A stretch of DNA of 64,000 bases from Candidatus Gemmiger avicola (GTDB lineage: Bacteria; Bacillota; Clostridia; Oscillospirales; Ruminococcaceae), in assembly GCA_019118805.1 (NCBI GenBank), contig DWYG01000190.1:13434-77433 (forward strand), read 5' to 3'. Shown one piece after another: positions 49,652 through 58,073 of this stretch. Made by a program: the position numbers and the translations under genes. The stretch's first letter is position 1, and each line of letters begins with the position of its first letter. Under the pieces are notes generated by a model, which saw only the letters and a list, made by a program, of their open reading frames with translations, did not search any database and was not told the DNA's origin.

Positions 49652-51142
49652 ATGCCTCTCACCATCCACATCCACCCGGCCGATAATGTCGTTGTGGCGC
49701 TGCGCCCCCTTGCGCGGGGCACGGCGGTGGAACTGCCCGACTGCGGGCAGACCGTCACAGCAGCCGAGGATATCCCCCAGGGTCACAAGATGGCCGTCTC
49801 TCCGATCCGCGCCGGCGAGAACGTCGTCAAATACGGCTTCCCGATCGGCCACGCGACGGCCGATATCGCCCCCGGCGGCTGGGTGCACACCCACAACCTC
49901 AAAACCAACCTTTCGGGTGAGGTTGAATACGCCTACACCCCCGACCTGCACCCGCTGGCCCCCGTCACGCCGGAAAGCTTTATGGGCTTCCGCCGGGCGG
50001 ACGGCCGTGCGGCGATCCGCAACGAACTCTGGATCATCCCGACCGTCGGCTGCGTCAACGACATTGCCAAGGCGCTTGTGCGGGAAAACCAGGATCTTGT
50101 CGCCGGCAGCGTCGAAGGGCTGTACGCCTTTCCGCACCCCTACGGCTGCTCCCAGACCGGGGCCGACCACGCCCAGACCCGCAAACTGCTCGCGGCGCTG
50201 GCCCGCCACCCGAACGCCGGCGGCGTACTGGTGCTTTCGCTCGGCTGCGAAAACCTGACCCGCGACCAGTTTTTGGCCGAGCTTGGGGCGTATGACCCCG
50301 CCCGCGTCAAGTTCCTGACCTGCCAGGAGGTTGAGGACGAGCTTGCCGCCGGGCGCGAACTGCTCAAGCAGCTGGCCGAATATGCCGGGCAGTTCGCGCG
50401 CGAACCCATCCCGGCCTCGGAACTCGTCGTCGGGATGAAGTGCGGCGGGTCAGACGGGCTTTCGGGCATCACGGCGAACCCCGCGATCGGCCGGTTTTCG
50501 GATATGCTCTGCGCGCGCGGCGGCTCAACCGTGCTGACCGAGGTTCCCGAGATGTTCGGGGCCGAAGGCTTTTTGATGAACCGCTGCGCGAGCAAAGAGG
50601 TTTTTGACAAAGCCGTCGCGATGATCAACGGCTTCAAGGACTATTTCCTCTCCCACGGCGAGGTCGTCTATGAAAACCCGAGCCCCGGCAACAAACAGGG
50701 CGGCATCACCACCCTGGAAGACAAGAGCTGCGGCTGCGTGCAAAAGGGCGGCGCCGCCCCGATCGCCGATGTGATCGGCTACGGCGAGGCGGTCAAAACC
50801 CGCGGGCTCAACCTGCTTTCCGGCCCGGGCAACGACCTTGTCTCGGCCACCGCGCTGACGGCGGCCGGCGCGCACCTGATCCTGTTTTCGACCGGGCGGG
50901 GCACCCCGTTCGGTGCGCCGGCCCCGACCCTCAAGCTCAGCACCAACTCAGCCCTGGCCGCCAAAAAGTCGAACTGGATCGATTTCAACGCCGGCGTTGT
51001 TGCCGACGGCTGCAAAACGATTGACGCCGCCGCGCAAGACCTGTACCGCCTTGTGCTTGCCACGGCTTGCGGGCGCCAAACCCGGGCGGAAGCCGGCGGC
51101 TTCCGCGAGATTGCAATTTTCAAGGGCGGCGTAACGCTGTAA
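49652..51142 (+). CDS. uxaA: Altronate dehydratase
   Basis: IHPADNVVVAL SAF domain, HTHNL, HPYGCSQ, KCGGSDGLSGITANP and FSTGRGTP motifs. Confidence 0.93.
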   Translation: MPLTIHIHPADNVVVALRPLARGTAVELPDCGQTVTAAEDIPQGHKMAVSPIRAGENVVKYGFPIGHATADIAPGGWVHTHNLKTNLSGEVEYAYTPDLHPLAPVTPESFMGFRRADGRAAIRNELWIIPTVGCVNDIAKALVRENQDLVAGSVEGLYAFPHPYGCSQTGADHAQTRKLLAALARHPNAGGVLVLSLGCENLTRDQFLAELGAYDPARVKFLTCQEVEDELAAGRELLKQLAEYAGQFAREPIPASELVVGMKCGGSDGLSGITANPAIGRFSDMLCARGGSTVLTEVPEMFGAEGFLMNRCASKEVFDKAVAMINGFKDYFLSHGEVVYENPSPGNKQGGITTLEDKSCGCVQKGGAAPIADVIGYGEAVKTRGLNLLSGPGNDLVSATALTAAGAHLILFSTGRGTPFGAPAPTLKLSTNSALAAKKSNWIDFNAGVVADGCKTIDAAAQDLYRLVLATACGRQTRAEAGGFREIAIFKGGVTL

Positions 51143-51251
51143 GGGTTCACCGCCCCCGCCGCCCGCTTGTGCGGGCGCTGTTTCCGGTATGCAAACCGTC
51201 CGGCTATGGCCGCCGGTTCTATTGTTTTTCCAAAGTCCAAAGGAGGTACCT

Positions 51252-52124
51252 ATGTCCATCTGTTCCACCGGCGTCTATGAAAAATACGGCGTCCGCTACC
51301 AGACCCTCACCCTCACCGACGGCGCCTATGCGCTGACCGTCGCCCCGGAAAAGGGCGGCATGGCCATCTCGTTCCAGAAGGACGGCGACGAATACCTCTG
51401 GCTGCGGGATAAAAACTTTGAATCGACCGACCGCACCCGCTGCGGCATCCCGATTTTGTTCCCGAGCTGCAGCAAGCCGGAAGGCGGCGTGCATATGTTC
51501 GGCGGACAGGCCTACCCGATCGAAATCCACGGCTTTGCCGACCTGCTGCCCTGGTCGGTTGCCAAGGCGGAGGACGAAGCGATCGAACTGACCCTCACCC
51601 CCAATGGGCTGACCAAATTCTGCTACCCGTTTGACTTCAAGCTCACCATGCGATACACCCTGGCCGGGGCGACCGCTACGCTGGCGCTGCGGGTGGAGAA
51701 CACCGGCGACAAGGAAATGCCGTACAGCGTTGGCTTCCATCCGTATTTTGCAGCGACCAAGCTGGAAAATATCTCGTTTGCGATCCAGGCCGCCACCTGT
51801 TCCGAAAGCGCTGTCGGCCCGCAGCCGGCTGCGCCCGAAACCATCACCCTGACCCGCACGCCCGGCAGCGCCGATTCCACCCGGCTGCTGACCGGCGTCA
51901 AGAGCCCGATGGTCCTGCATGACGCCGGCAACGGCCACACCGTGACCGTCGCCTTTGACGAAGCGCAGTTCCCGCATGCCGTGCTGTGGCAGCAGGATGC
52001 CGAACGTTTTGTCTGCATGGAGCCCTGGAACGGCTGGGCCAACAGCGTCAATGAGGAGGGCAAGCACGAAATCCTTGCCCCCGGCGCCAGCCAAACCTTT
52101 GCCTGGACGCTCACCATCAGCTGA
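51252..52124 (+). CDS. Aldose 1-epimerase (galactose mutarotase-like) family protein
   Basis: GIPILFP, HGFA, GFHPYF and FVCMEPW motifs; AAGGAGG RBS. Confidence 0.85.
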   Translation: MSICSTGVYEKYGVRYQTLTLTDGAYALTVAPEKGGMAISFQKDGDEYLWLRDKNFESTDRTRCGIPILFPSCSKPEGGVHMFGGQAYPIEIHGFADLLPWSVAKAEDEAIELTLTPNGLTKFCYPFDFKLTMRYTLAGATATLALRVENTGDKEMPYSVGFHPYFAATKLENISFAIQAATCSESAVGPQPAAPETITLTRTPGSADSTRLLTGVKSPMVLHDAGNGHTVTVAFDEAQFPHAVLWQQDAERFVCMEPWNGWANSVNEEGKHEILAPGASQTFAWTLTIS

Positions 52125-52157
52125 AGCCCCCCGCGTAACCGCACAGATTTTTCCTGA

Positions 52158-52261
52158 CCGCCCCGCCCGCCGGGGCGGCCTTTTTTGCGTTCCGAAAACC
52201 ACTCGCTGGGCGAGTGGTTTTCGGAACACAAAAAAGGCGATGGAACGTAAGGTTCCATCGC
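52158..52261. terminator. Three consecutive hairpins: epimerase terminator, long palindrome, and terminator downstream of the tRNA 3' end
   Basis: ccgccccg/cggggcgg+tttttt; gttccgaaaaccactcgc/gcgagtggttttcggaac; gcgatggaac/gttccatcgc followed on the minus strand by a T-run. Confidence 0.7.
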
Positions 52262-52265
52262 GTAG

Positions 52266-52313
52266 TGGCTGCCCCTCTCGGACTTGAACCGAGGACACCC
52301 TGATTAACAGTCA
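52266..52313 (-). tRNA. 3' half of tRNA-Asn(GTT): truncated remnant marking the prophage att site
   Basis: Minus strand TGACT-GTT-AATCA anticodon arm, T-arm ctcggTTCAAGTccgag, AGGGGCAG-CCA end; no D-arm or 5' acceptor strand upstream. Confidence 0.88.
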
Positions 52314-52411
52314 ATGATATGTGGCGATAGTGCGTTAAAATTGTCGCTGTATCGTTGCTGTGGCTTGCTGCAAGTGTGGGTAGCAAGCCTTAGAAAGTAG
52401 TCAAAAGGTAG

Positions 52412-53479
52412 TCAGCCTGTGGCCGTGGCGGTCGGCGTGCCGGACAGGTACAGGTTGATGCGGTCCTGCACCTTGAGGCTATCCTCGGCCTCCAGGTGGG
52501 TATAGATCCGCGCGGTCATCTGGATGTTGGCGTGGCCGAGCAGCTGCTGCGCGGTGCGCAGGTCGACGCCCGCGCGGTAGAGCATGGTCGCGTAGGTGTG
52601 GCGCAGCATGTGGGGGTGCAGCTCAAAGCCGACCTGCCGCCGGACGTGGCTGGTCCACAGGCGGCGGAACGCGCTGAGCGTCATGTCGCCGCCGTTGGCA
52701 GCGGGGACGACGTACTCGGCCAGGCGCGGCGTTGTGGCCAACACCTGCCGCAGCTTGTCGGGCATCGGCAGCATCCGGCAGGACGCCGTATTTTTGAGCT
52801 CCTCGACCGGCAGCTGCTGGTTGCTGCCGAAGGTCATGGCGCGGGACACAACGAGCCGATCCGCGCCGAGGTCGGTCCACTTGAGGCCGAGTGCCTCCTC
52901 CCGCCGCAGGCCGCAGTACAGGCACAGCGCTACAAACGCGCGGGCGCGCGGCTCGCTCACGGCCTCCATGAGCGTGTCGCACTCGGCGGCGGTCAGGTAC
53001 TCTTTGCGTCGGGGCTTGGCGTGAGGCGTGATCTTGATCTTGTCGCAGGGGTTGCGCAGCAGCAGGCCGTTGTCGATGGCCGTGGCGAAGATCTGCCGCA
53101 TGGTCAGCAGGACCTTGTTTTGCAGGCTCTCGGACATCCCGGCCACCTCTGACATGACGCTGCGGATATGTACCGGCCGCACGTCGCGCAGCTCCATGCC
53201 GCCCAGCACCTGGCGGACGTGGTTGTTGTACGCGTTGCGGTACATCTGCACCGTGGCGTGGCGCAGGTCGGCCTTGTAGGTTTGCAGCCAGATTTTTGCC
53301 CACTCGCCAACGGTCGTGCGGTCGCCAACGTCCAGCCCGGCGGAATCGTCGGCCAGCACGGCGCGGACCGCGGCATCGAGCGCGGCCTGTGTGCGGCCGT
53401 AGACGACCCGCGTCTTGCCGCTGGATAGCGTGACGCGCCGCTGGTAGCGGCCGTCCTTGCGTTTTTTGAGTTTTGCCAT
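52412..53479 (-). CDS. int: Tyrosine recombinase / phage integrase
   Basis: KKRKDGRY arm-binding N-terminus; GLRREEALGL, HMLRHTYAT, LLGHANIQMTARIYTH (R-H-R-H-Y); points toward the att site. Confidence 0.95.
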   Translation of the reverse strand: MAKLKKRKDGRYQRRVTLSSGKTRVVYGRTQAALDAAVRAVLADDSAGLDVGDRTTVGEWAKIWLQTYKADLRHATVQMYRNAYNNHVRQVLGGMELRDVRPVHIRSVMSEVAGMSESLQNKVLLTMRQIFATAIDNGLLLRNPCDKIKITPHAKPRRKEYLTAAECDTLMEAVSEPRARAFVALCLYCGLRREEALGLKWTDLGADRLVVSRAMTFGSNQQLPVEELKNTASCRMLPMPDKLRQVLATTPRLAEYVVPAANGGDMTLSAFRRLWTSHVRRQVGFELHPHMLRHTYATMLYRAGVDLRTAQQLLGHANIQMTARIYTHLEAEDSLKVQDRINLYLSGTPTATATG

Positions 53480-53506
53480 GATATTGCACCTCCGTATAGG
53501 TATGAC

Positions 53507-53623
53507 TTGCAAGCCTGCCCCGGAGGTGGTACAATACAGGTGTTCGGGTCTGTTTGTCCCCTCTGGGCAAGCTGATCTATACAAGCGCTCTCGGTGTTCC
53601 AGCACCGGGGGCGTTTTTCTTTT
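53507..53623 (+). ncRNA. Candidate ~80 nt antisense sRNA in the integrase leader, with its own promoter and terminator
   Basis: TTGCAA-17-TACAAT (53507-53535, TGn extended -10); hairpin gcgctctcggtg/caccgggggcgt plus ttttctttt, whose G-U pairs form only on the + strand. Confidence 0.6.
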
Positions 53624-53649
53624 GTCAGGTCTTGCCCGGCGGGCAAGAC

Positions 53650-54483
53650 TTATTTTAGTTTGATGTGTACTGTAATTTTATAAGATGTTTCTGCGCGCTC
53701 CAATTCGTAAGTTTCTTTCTCGGTTTCTTCGTTGTAGTCTTCGTGGATGATTTTATATTTTCCGCCGAATATATCGCAACTCGCGCCGATAAATGCGTCG
53801 GATGCCAACAGATTTTTGACTTGCGAGCAGCTGCCCTTTTTTATGTACCCAACCATCGCCCCATCGACAAAAACCTGGATTGCATTCTTGTCTGCGGGGT
53901 TGTTTGGCTCTGGGACCAGATCAACCTTGACGGGGTCGAAAGCCAACTCGTATATGCGTTCACCAATAAGACCGGCGTCAATGAGTTCGCGTTTGGAAAG
54001 GTCGTAGTCTGGATTTTCGTAGCCGAGCGACAAAAGAGCATCCATATAATGCGAGATACCCGTGACATAAAAATTCTTTGTTGTTGATGAGATTGCGTTT
54101 TTGATGACAGATTTTCCGGGTCTTGTAGGTTGCGCTATGATTTTTTGGGGTTCCACTGCGGAGGGGTTCTGCGCGGGAATAAAATCGTTTTTGGTTTTTG
54201 TTTGAGCTGCTGAAGTTGCATTTGCTTTGGGAGAGCCTGTAAGTGGCAAATTGGGATTGACCGATGCATTGCTCCTATGATCTTTTTGCAATGATTTGTA
54301 TTTATGCCAACAGATACCGCCAGCCACAATGCAAGCAACACAGACAAAAACGGATACAATACCGCTGGAAACAGCGGTTGAGAATGCTGGAATAGCGACA
54401 AAAAAGAAAGAGAAAATTCCGTATGCAAGCAGTACGATAGCGGCGATTTTATAGCCATTTCCTGGAGTGGACTTTTGTTTCAT
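53650..54483 (-). CDS. Membrane-anchored HIRAN-domain protein (prophage accessory)
   Basis: Two N-terminal TM segments; FYVTGISHY and LVPEPNNPADKNAIQVFVDGAMVGYI HIRAN-like motifs; visibly AT-richer than the flanks. Confidence 0.75.
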   Translation of the reverse strand: MKQKSTPGNGYKIAAIVLLAYGIFSFFFVAIPAFSTAVSSGIVSVFVCVACIVAGGICWHKYKSLQKDHRSNASVNPNLPLTGSPKANATSAAQTKTKNDFIPAQNPSAVEPQKIIAQPTRPGKSVIKNAISSTTKNFYVTGISHYMDALLSLGYENPDYDLSKRELIDAGLIGERIYELAFDPVKVDLVPEPNNPADKNAIQVFVDGAMVGYIKKGSCSQVKNLLASDAFIGASCDIFGGKYKIIHEDYNEETEKETYELERAETSYKITVHIKLK

Positions 54484-54495
54484 ATGAGCCTCCTT

Positions 54496-55113
54496 TTACA
54501 GTCCCCGACACAAGCCAACGGCTTTGCCCTCGATAGTAACATCGTTCATTTCTTCGCCGATCTTGACGATCGGCGCGTAGTTTGGGTTTTCCGGCTGCAG
54601 CACGATCTTGTCCGGGTAGAGATAAACGTGCTTGAGGGTGGCCTCGCAGTCGATGCGCACGGCGGCGATCTCGCCGTTTTCGACCTGCGGCTGGCTGCGG
54701 ATGGCGACCAAGTCGCCGTCTTTGATGCGCGGCTCCATGCTGTCACCCTCGCACAGCAGCGTAAACGTGGCGTGCCACTCGGCTGGGATGGAGACATAGC
54801 CCTCCAAGTTTTCTTCAGCCGTGATCGGCTGCCCGCAGGCAATGCGGCCGACAAGGGGGACGGTGGTCATCTCGGGGAGGGGCTCAAAGCCGGGCGGGAC
54901 GGTAATGGTATCGCTTCCCCAGCCCATGATCCAAGAGGGAGAAACTTTTAAGGCTGTCGCAATGGCTTCGATTTTGTCAGATGGAATATTAGAAATGATT
55001 CCGTTTTCATATTTGTATACAGTCTGCTTTGATTCTCCGATTTGCTCGGCAAGAGCAGTTTGTGATATACCGAGCTGCTCTCTTCGGTATCGGATACGTT
55101 CGCCTTTTTTCAC
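54496..55113 (-). CDS. CI-like phage repressor (XRE HTH plus S24 autopeptidase)
   Basis: RIRYRREQLGISQTALAE..YKYENG HTH; GRIACG cleavage-type site; GDSM serine and ATLK lysine; GTG start at 55113. Confidence 0.92.
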   Translation of the reverse strand: MKKGERIRYRREQLGISQTALAEQIGESKQTVYKYENGIISNIPSDKIEAIATALKVSPSWIMGWGSDTITVPPGFEPLPEMTTVPLVGRIACGQPITAEENLEGYVSIPAEWHATFTLLCEGDSMEPRIKDGDLVAIRSQPQVENGEIAAVRIDCEATLKHVYLYPDKIVLQPENPNYAPIVKIGEEMNDVTIEGKAVGLCRGL

Positions 55114-55143
55114 CGTATCACCGCCTTTTGTTTTATTGATTTC

Positions 55144-55235
55144 AGTATAGCACAAAAAAGTTACAAGTCAAGTAAAAAATATCTTGACAAGTTACAAGCA
55201 AGATGCTATACTCGTTGTATCCTAAAAAGTTACGG
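55144..55235. promoter_or_regulatory. Lysis-lysogeny switch: back-to-back promoters with three AAGTTAC direct repeats (candidate operators)
   Basis: + strand TTGACA-17-TATACT (55184-55212); minus strand TTGACT-16-TATACT (55171-55144); aagttac at about 55158, 55189 and 55227. Confidence 0.8.
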
Positions 55236-55245
55236 AGGTGATACG

Positions 55246-55446
55246 GTGATTCGTGTTGATAAACTTCGCGGGGTCATTGCGCAAAAAAATATGTCGCAGA
55301 GCGATGTCGCTAAAGCGATTGGTATCACGCCGAAGACGTTCTACACTAAAATGAAAAACGGCGTTTTCGGAAGTGATGAAATTGATGCAATGATTTCTTT
55401 GCTCGAGATCAAGAATCCAGCTGACATTTTTTTTGCACGGGGGTAA
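55246..55446 (+). CDS. Cro-like HTH regulator
   Basis: 66 aa, SQSDVAKAIGITPKTFYTK HTH; divergent from cI; GGAGGTG RBS. Confidence 0.85.
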   Translation: MIRVDKLRGVIAQKNMSQSDVAKAIGITPKTFYTKMKNGVFGSDEIDAMISLLEIKNPADIFFARG

Positions 55447-55493
55447 CTTAAAAGGATACCACCACTCGCGAAACCAGAATGGAGGTGAACAGG

Positions 55494-55664
55494 ATGGATA
55501 AACCGCTCGGAAAATCTTCCGGAGAGATCACTATTGATGTGCATCTTGATGGGTTGGATGAACAGCTCGCCAAAGCATATGAGCTCGTCGAGACAATCGA
55601 AAAGGCCAGATCGTTGGCAGACGACCTGGCCAAAGGGGTCAACTCAATCAAGCTTGAGCTTTAA
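55494..55664 (+). CDS. Small hypothetical phage protein
   Basis: GGAGGTG RBS, 56 aa, helical character. Confidence 0.6.
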   Translation: MDKPLGKSSGEITIDVHLDGLDEQLAKAYELVETIEKARSLADDLAKGVNSIKLEL

Positions 55665-55835
55665 GTCAATCTCACCGCCACAGGTGGGGCAAACGCTTTG
55701 GCCGACAGGAACATTGATGGCCACATGGCAGTGCGGGCATTCAATATCGTAGGTCATTTCCATAGCCTTTGCCATAGCGGCTTCCTTCACGGCTTTTTCA
55801 AGCGCAGACTGATTGATCTTGATTTTAATCCCCAA
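55644..55835 (-). CDS. Small zinc-ribbon protein on the counter strand with its own promoter
   Basis: CPHC..CPTC; GGGAGGTG RBS with TTG start; TTGTCC-17-TACAAT upstream. Confidence 0.7.
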   Translation of the reverse strand: MGIKIKINQSALEKAVKEAAMAKAMEMTYDIECPHCHVAINVPVGQSVCPTCGGEIDLKLKLD

Positions 55836-55904
55836 TCTATCACCTCCCTTCTGTGCCCATTGTAGCACGAGCCTGTAGGGAGGACAAGCAAGGAGGTGAA
55901 CAGG

Positions 55905-56063
55905 ATGCGTAAAGGTGAACATTTTGAAGAATACCAGAGTCGAATTAAAAAAGAAGCCCAGCGGCTGGTGGAAGCAGCCGCTGGACGTGGCCTGACTGTT
56001 GCCGAGTTCAAAGAGGCTTGTGATCAGGCAAAAGTCGAAATTGAGGAGATGCACATTGACTGA
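55905..56063 (+). CDS. Small hypothetical phage protein (52 aa, not in the ORF track)
   Basis: AGGAGGTG RBS; MRKGEHFEEYQSRIKKEAQRLVEAAAGRGLTVAEFKEACDQAKVEIEEMHID. Confidence 0.65.
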   Translation: MRKGEHFEEYQSRIKKEAQRLVEAAAGRGLTVAEFKEACDQAKVEIEEMHID

Positions 56064-56249
56064 TTACAGAGGCAATGCGTCATCGGGAATTTTGGAATAC
56101 TTTGCGACGGCACTGATGTAAAAGCCTTCCAATTCCTCCATTGTCTCTTGTGCTGTGCGAGACTTTGGCGGAACTATTTCATGGAAGTCTTTCATTGCCG
56201 ATCGAACATATTCTAAGGCTAAGTCATGGATAATCTGACTGCGATCCAT
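56064..56249 (-). CDS. Small hypothetical protein on the counter strand with its own promoter
   Basis: AAAGGAGGTG RBS before ATG 56249; TTGCCC-17-TACAAT upstream. Confidence 0.7.
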   Translation of the reverse strand: MDRSQIIHDLALEYVRSAMKDFHEIVPPKSRTAQETMEELEGFYISAVAKYSKIPDDALPL

Positions 56250-56388
56250 TGTGTACACCTCCTTTCCATCGTTATTGTAGCATATGGGAATACGGGGGGC
56301 AAGAAATAGACTATCTGCTTGAAACGAAAAAGTGATGGGAGCTGAACAGCTTGCGCGATTTCCTTGAAATGGAGGTGTGTGGGCCGAA

Positions 56389-56472
56389 ATGAAGGCTGTT
56401 ATATACCTGTTCGGGTTCGTCTTTTCCGTGGTTTTTGTGGTTGTTTATTATTTTTTAGGAGGCTCAAAATGA
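56389..56472 (+). CDS. 27 aa single-TM microprotein coupled to the SPFH gene (not in the ORF track)
   Basis: MKAVIYLFGFVFSVVFVVVYYFLGGSK; GGAGGTG upstream; ATGA overlap with the next gene. Confidence 0.5.
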   Translation: MKAVIYLFGFVFSVVFVVVYYFLGGSK

Positions 56473-57335
56473 AGAAAATCCCTGTTGTCGTTATTTCTGC
56501 CGTGCTGGCTCTCGGTTGTGCAATCAGTTGCCTGCTCTGCCTTGAGCGTGTGGGGGTCGGCAAAGTCGGCGTGGTCTATACGGCCAACGGCGTCGAGGAC
56601 AAGACCCTGCCGGCCGGTTGGCATTGGCTGTCGCCGCTTAAATCGGTCAAGCAGTTCCCGATCTCGCAACAGCAGATCGTTTTTTCCAACGACCCCGGCG
56701 ACTACAACGCCAAAGAGCACGACGACTGGAGCATCGACGCCCCGGCGGATGGCGGCATGGTCAAGATGAATTTGACTGTAAACTACGCATTCGACGGCAA
56801 TCGCGTGGTCGACCTCTACAAACGGTTTAACGGTATGGATGGCGAGGCGCTGGTATCCAGCTATATCCAAAACAGCATTATCGCCTATGTCAAAGAGGTG
56901 ACGCCGCAGTTTTCTGTCATGGACATCTATTCCGACCGTAAATCGGACGTCAACCAGGCTATTACCGCTTATCTGGCTGAAAGGCTTGGCGAGGAATATG
57001 GCATCAACGTGATCTCGGCGCTTGTCATTGATGTGCAGCTCGATGAGGGTCTGCAGGAAAAGATCAAGGCCAAAGAGCAGGCCAAACAGGACGCCGAAAT
57101 CGCCGAGCTGGAAAAGCAAACCGCAGCGGCTGAGGCCGAAGTCGAAAAGACAAAGGCACAGGCTGCGGCAGACGTTGAGGTTATCGAGGCACAGGCGGAG
57201 GCGGAATCCAACCGCATTATCGCGCAGTCCATCACCCCGGAGCTGATCCAGATGACGGAGGCGCAGGCCCGGTTGAAGCATGGATGGGTGACGGTCACGG
57301 GTGCGGAGTCGGTTGTCGTTGATGATGCAGGATAA
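56469..57335 (+). CDS. SPFH / prohibitin (band 7) family membrane protein
   Basis: N-terminal TM, VGVGKVGVV..GWHW, band-7-like core, Ala/Glu-rich coiled coil, ITPELIQ..W C-terminus. Confidence 0.85.
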   Translation: MKKIPVVVISAVLALGCAISCLLCLERVGVGKVGVVYTANGVEDKTLPAGWHWLSPLKSVKQFPISQQQIVFSNDPGDYNAKEHDDWSIDAPADGGMVKMNLTVNYAFDGNRVVDLYKRFNGMDGEALVSSYIQNSIIAYVKEVTPQFSVMDIYSDRKSDVNQAITAYLAERLGEEYGINVISALVIDVQLDEGLQEKIKAKEQAKQDAEIAELEKQTAAAEAEVEKTKAQAAADVEVIEAQAEAESNRIIAQSITPELIQMTEAQARLKHGWVTVTGAESVVVDDAG

Positions 57336-57348
57336 GGAGGTGACACCC

Positions 57349-57585
57349 ATGGCGCTCTACAGCGCAAAGCAGCTGGCGGCGATGCTGAATGTCAGCGCTT
57401 ATACCGTGCAGGCGCTCATCCGCGCGGGCGAGTTTGGCGAGACGGTCAACGTTGCCCGCCAGCATCTTGTCACAGAGGACGGCCTCGCCGCTTTTGTGGC
57501 CGCCCACACCGGCCCCGCCCATGAGGGGCGGACCGCCGCACGCCCCGCCCGCCGCCGCGTACACGCGGACCCCGGGCCGATCTGA
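57349..57585 (+). CDS. Excisionase-like HTH DNA-binding protein
   Basis: LYSAKQLAAMLNVSAYTVQALIRAGE winged-helix pattern; TAAGGAGGTG RBS. Confidence 0.7.
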   Translation: MALYSAKQLAAMLNVSAYTVQALIRAGEFGETVNVARQHLVTEDGLAAFVAAHTGPAHEGRTAARPARRRVHADPGPI

Positions 57586-57600
57586 AAAGTGGAGGTCGAC

Positions 57601-57813
57601 ATGAAAAAGTATGTGATCCAGGTGTACGATTACGCGCCGTACACCCACAGGATGCGCAAGATGTGGCGCACGCTTCCGGGGCTCGAATTTGACACGCTGG
57701 AAGAGGCAAAGGCAACGTTTGCCCGGATTAGAGGCAGCGACTACCGCATCGCCGAAGCCTACACGCAAACCAGATACAAACCCGTGCCGATGGAAAGGAG
57801 CACAAAAATATGA
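57601..57813 (+). CDS. Hypothetical phage protein
   Basis: GGAGGT RBS; 70 aa; part of the packed early operon. Confidence 0.6.
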   Translation: MKKYVIQVYDYAPYTHRMRKMWRTLPGLEFDTLEEAKATFARIRGSDYRIAEAYTQTRYKPVPMERSTKI

Positions 57814-58073
57814 TATGGCGGAAAATGGCATGCCAAGAGCTTTTGGGGTTGCGAGACGGGTATACCCTGTTGGAGCAGGACATCGACAACCCCGGTTGCA
57901 ATAACGGGCATTACCCGGCCTGGAAACTGGTAGACCCCGGTGGCAACGTTGTTGCCCATGGGAAAACCTGTCGTTGCGGGCGCGGTTGCAGCAATACCGA
58001 CTGTGTCGTAGATGTATGGGGATATCACGACACATGCATCGAGGCATACCGAGAGCGAAAGGAGCCGACATGA
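57810..58073 (+). CDS. Hypothetical Cys-containing phage protein
   Basis: AAAGGAG RBS; ATGA overlaps at both ends; CRCGRGC motif. Confidence 0.6.
   Translation: MIWRKMACQELLGLRDGYTLLEQDIDNPGCNNGHYPAWKLVDPGGNVVAHGKTCRCGRGCSNTDCVVDVWGYHDTCIEAYRERKEPT

Noticed and set aside
52266..52345. Intact tRNA-Asn gene
   Set aside because: The D-arm and 5' acceptor strand are missing; treated as an att remnant
54496..55113. Host lexA
   Set aside because: XRE-type HTH and position between int and cro indicate a phage CI-like repressor
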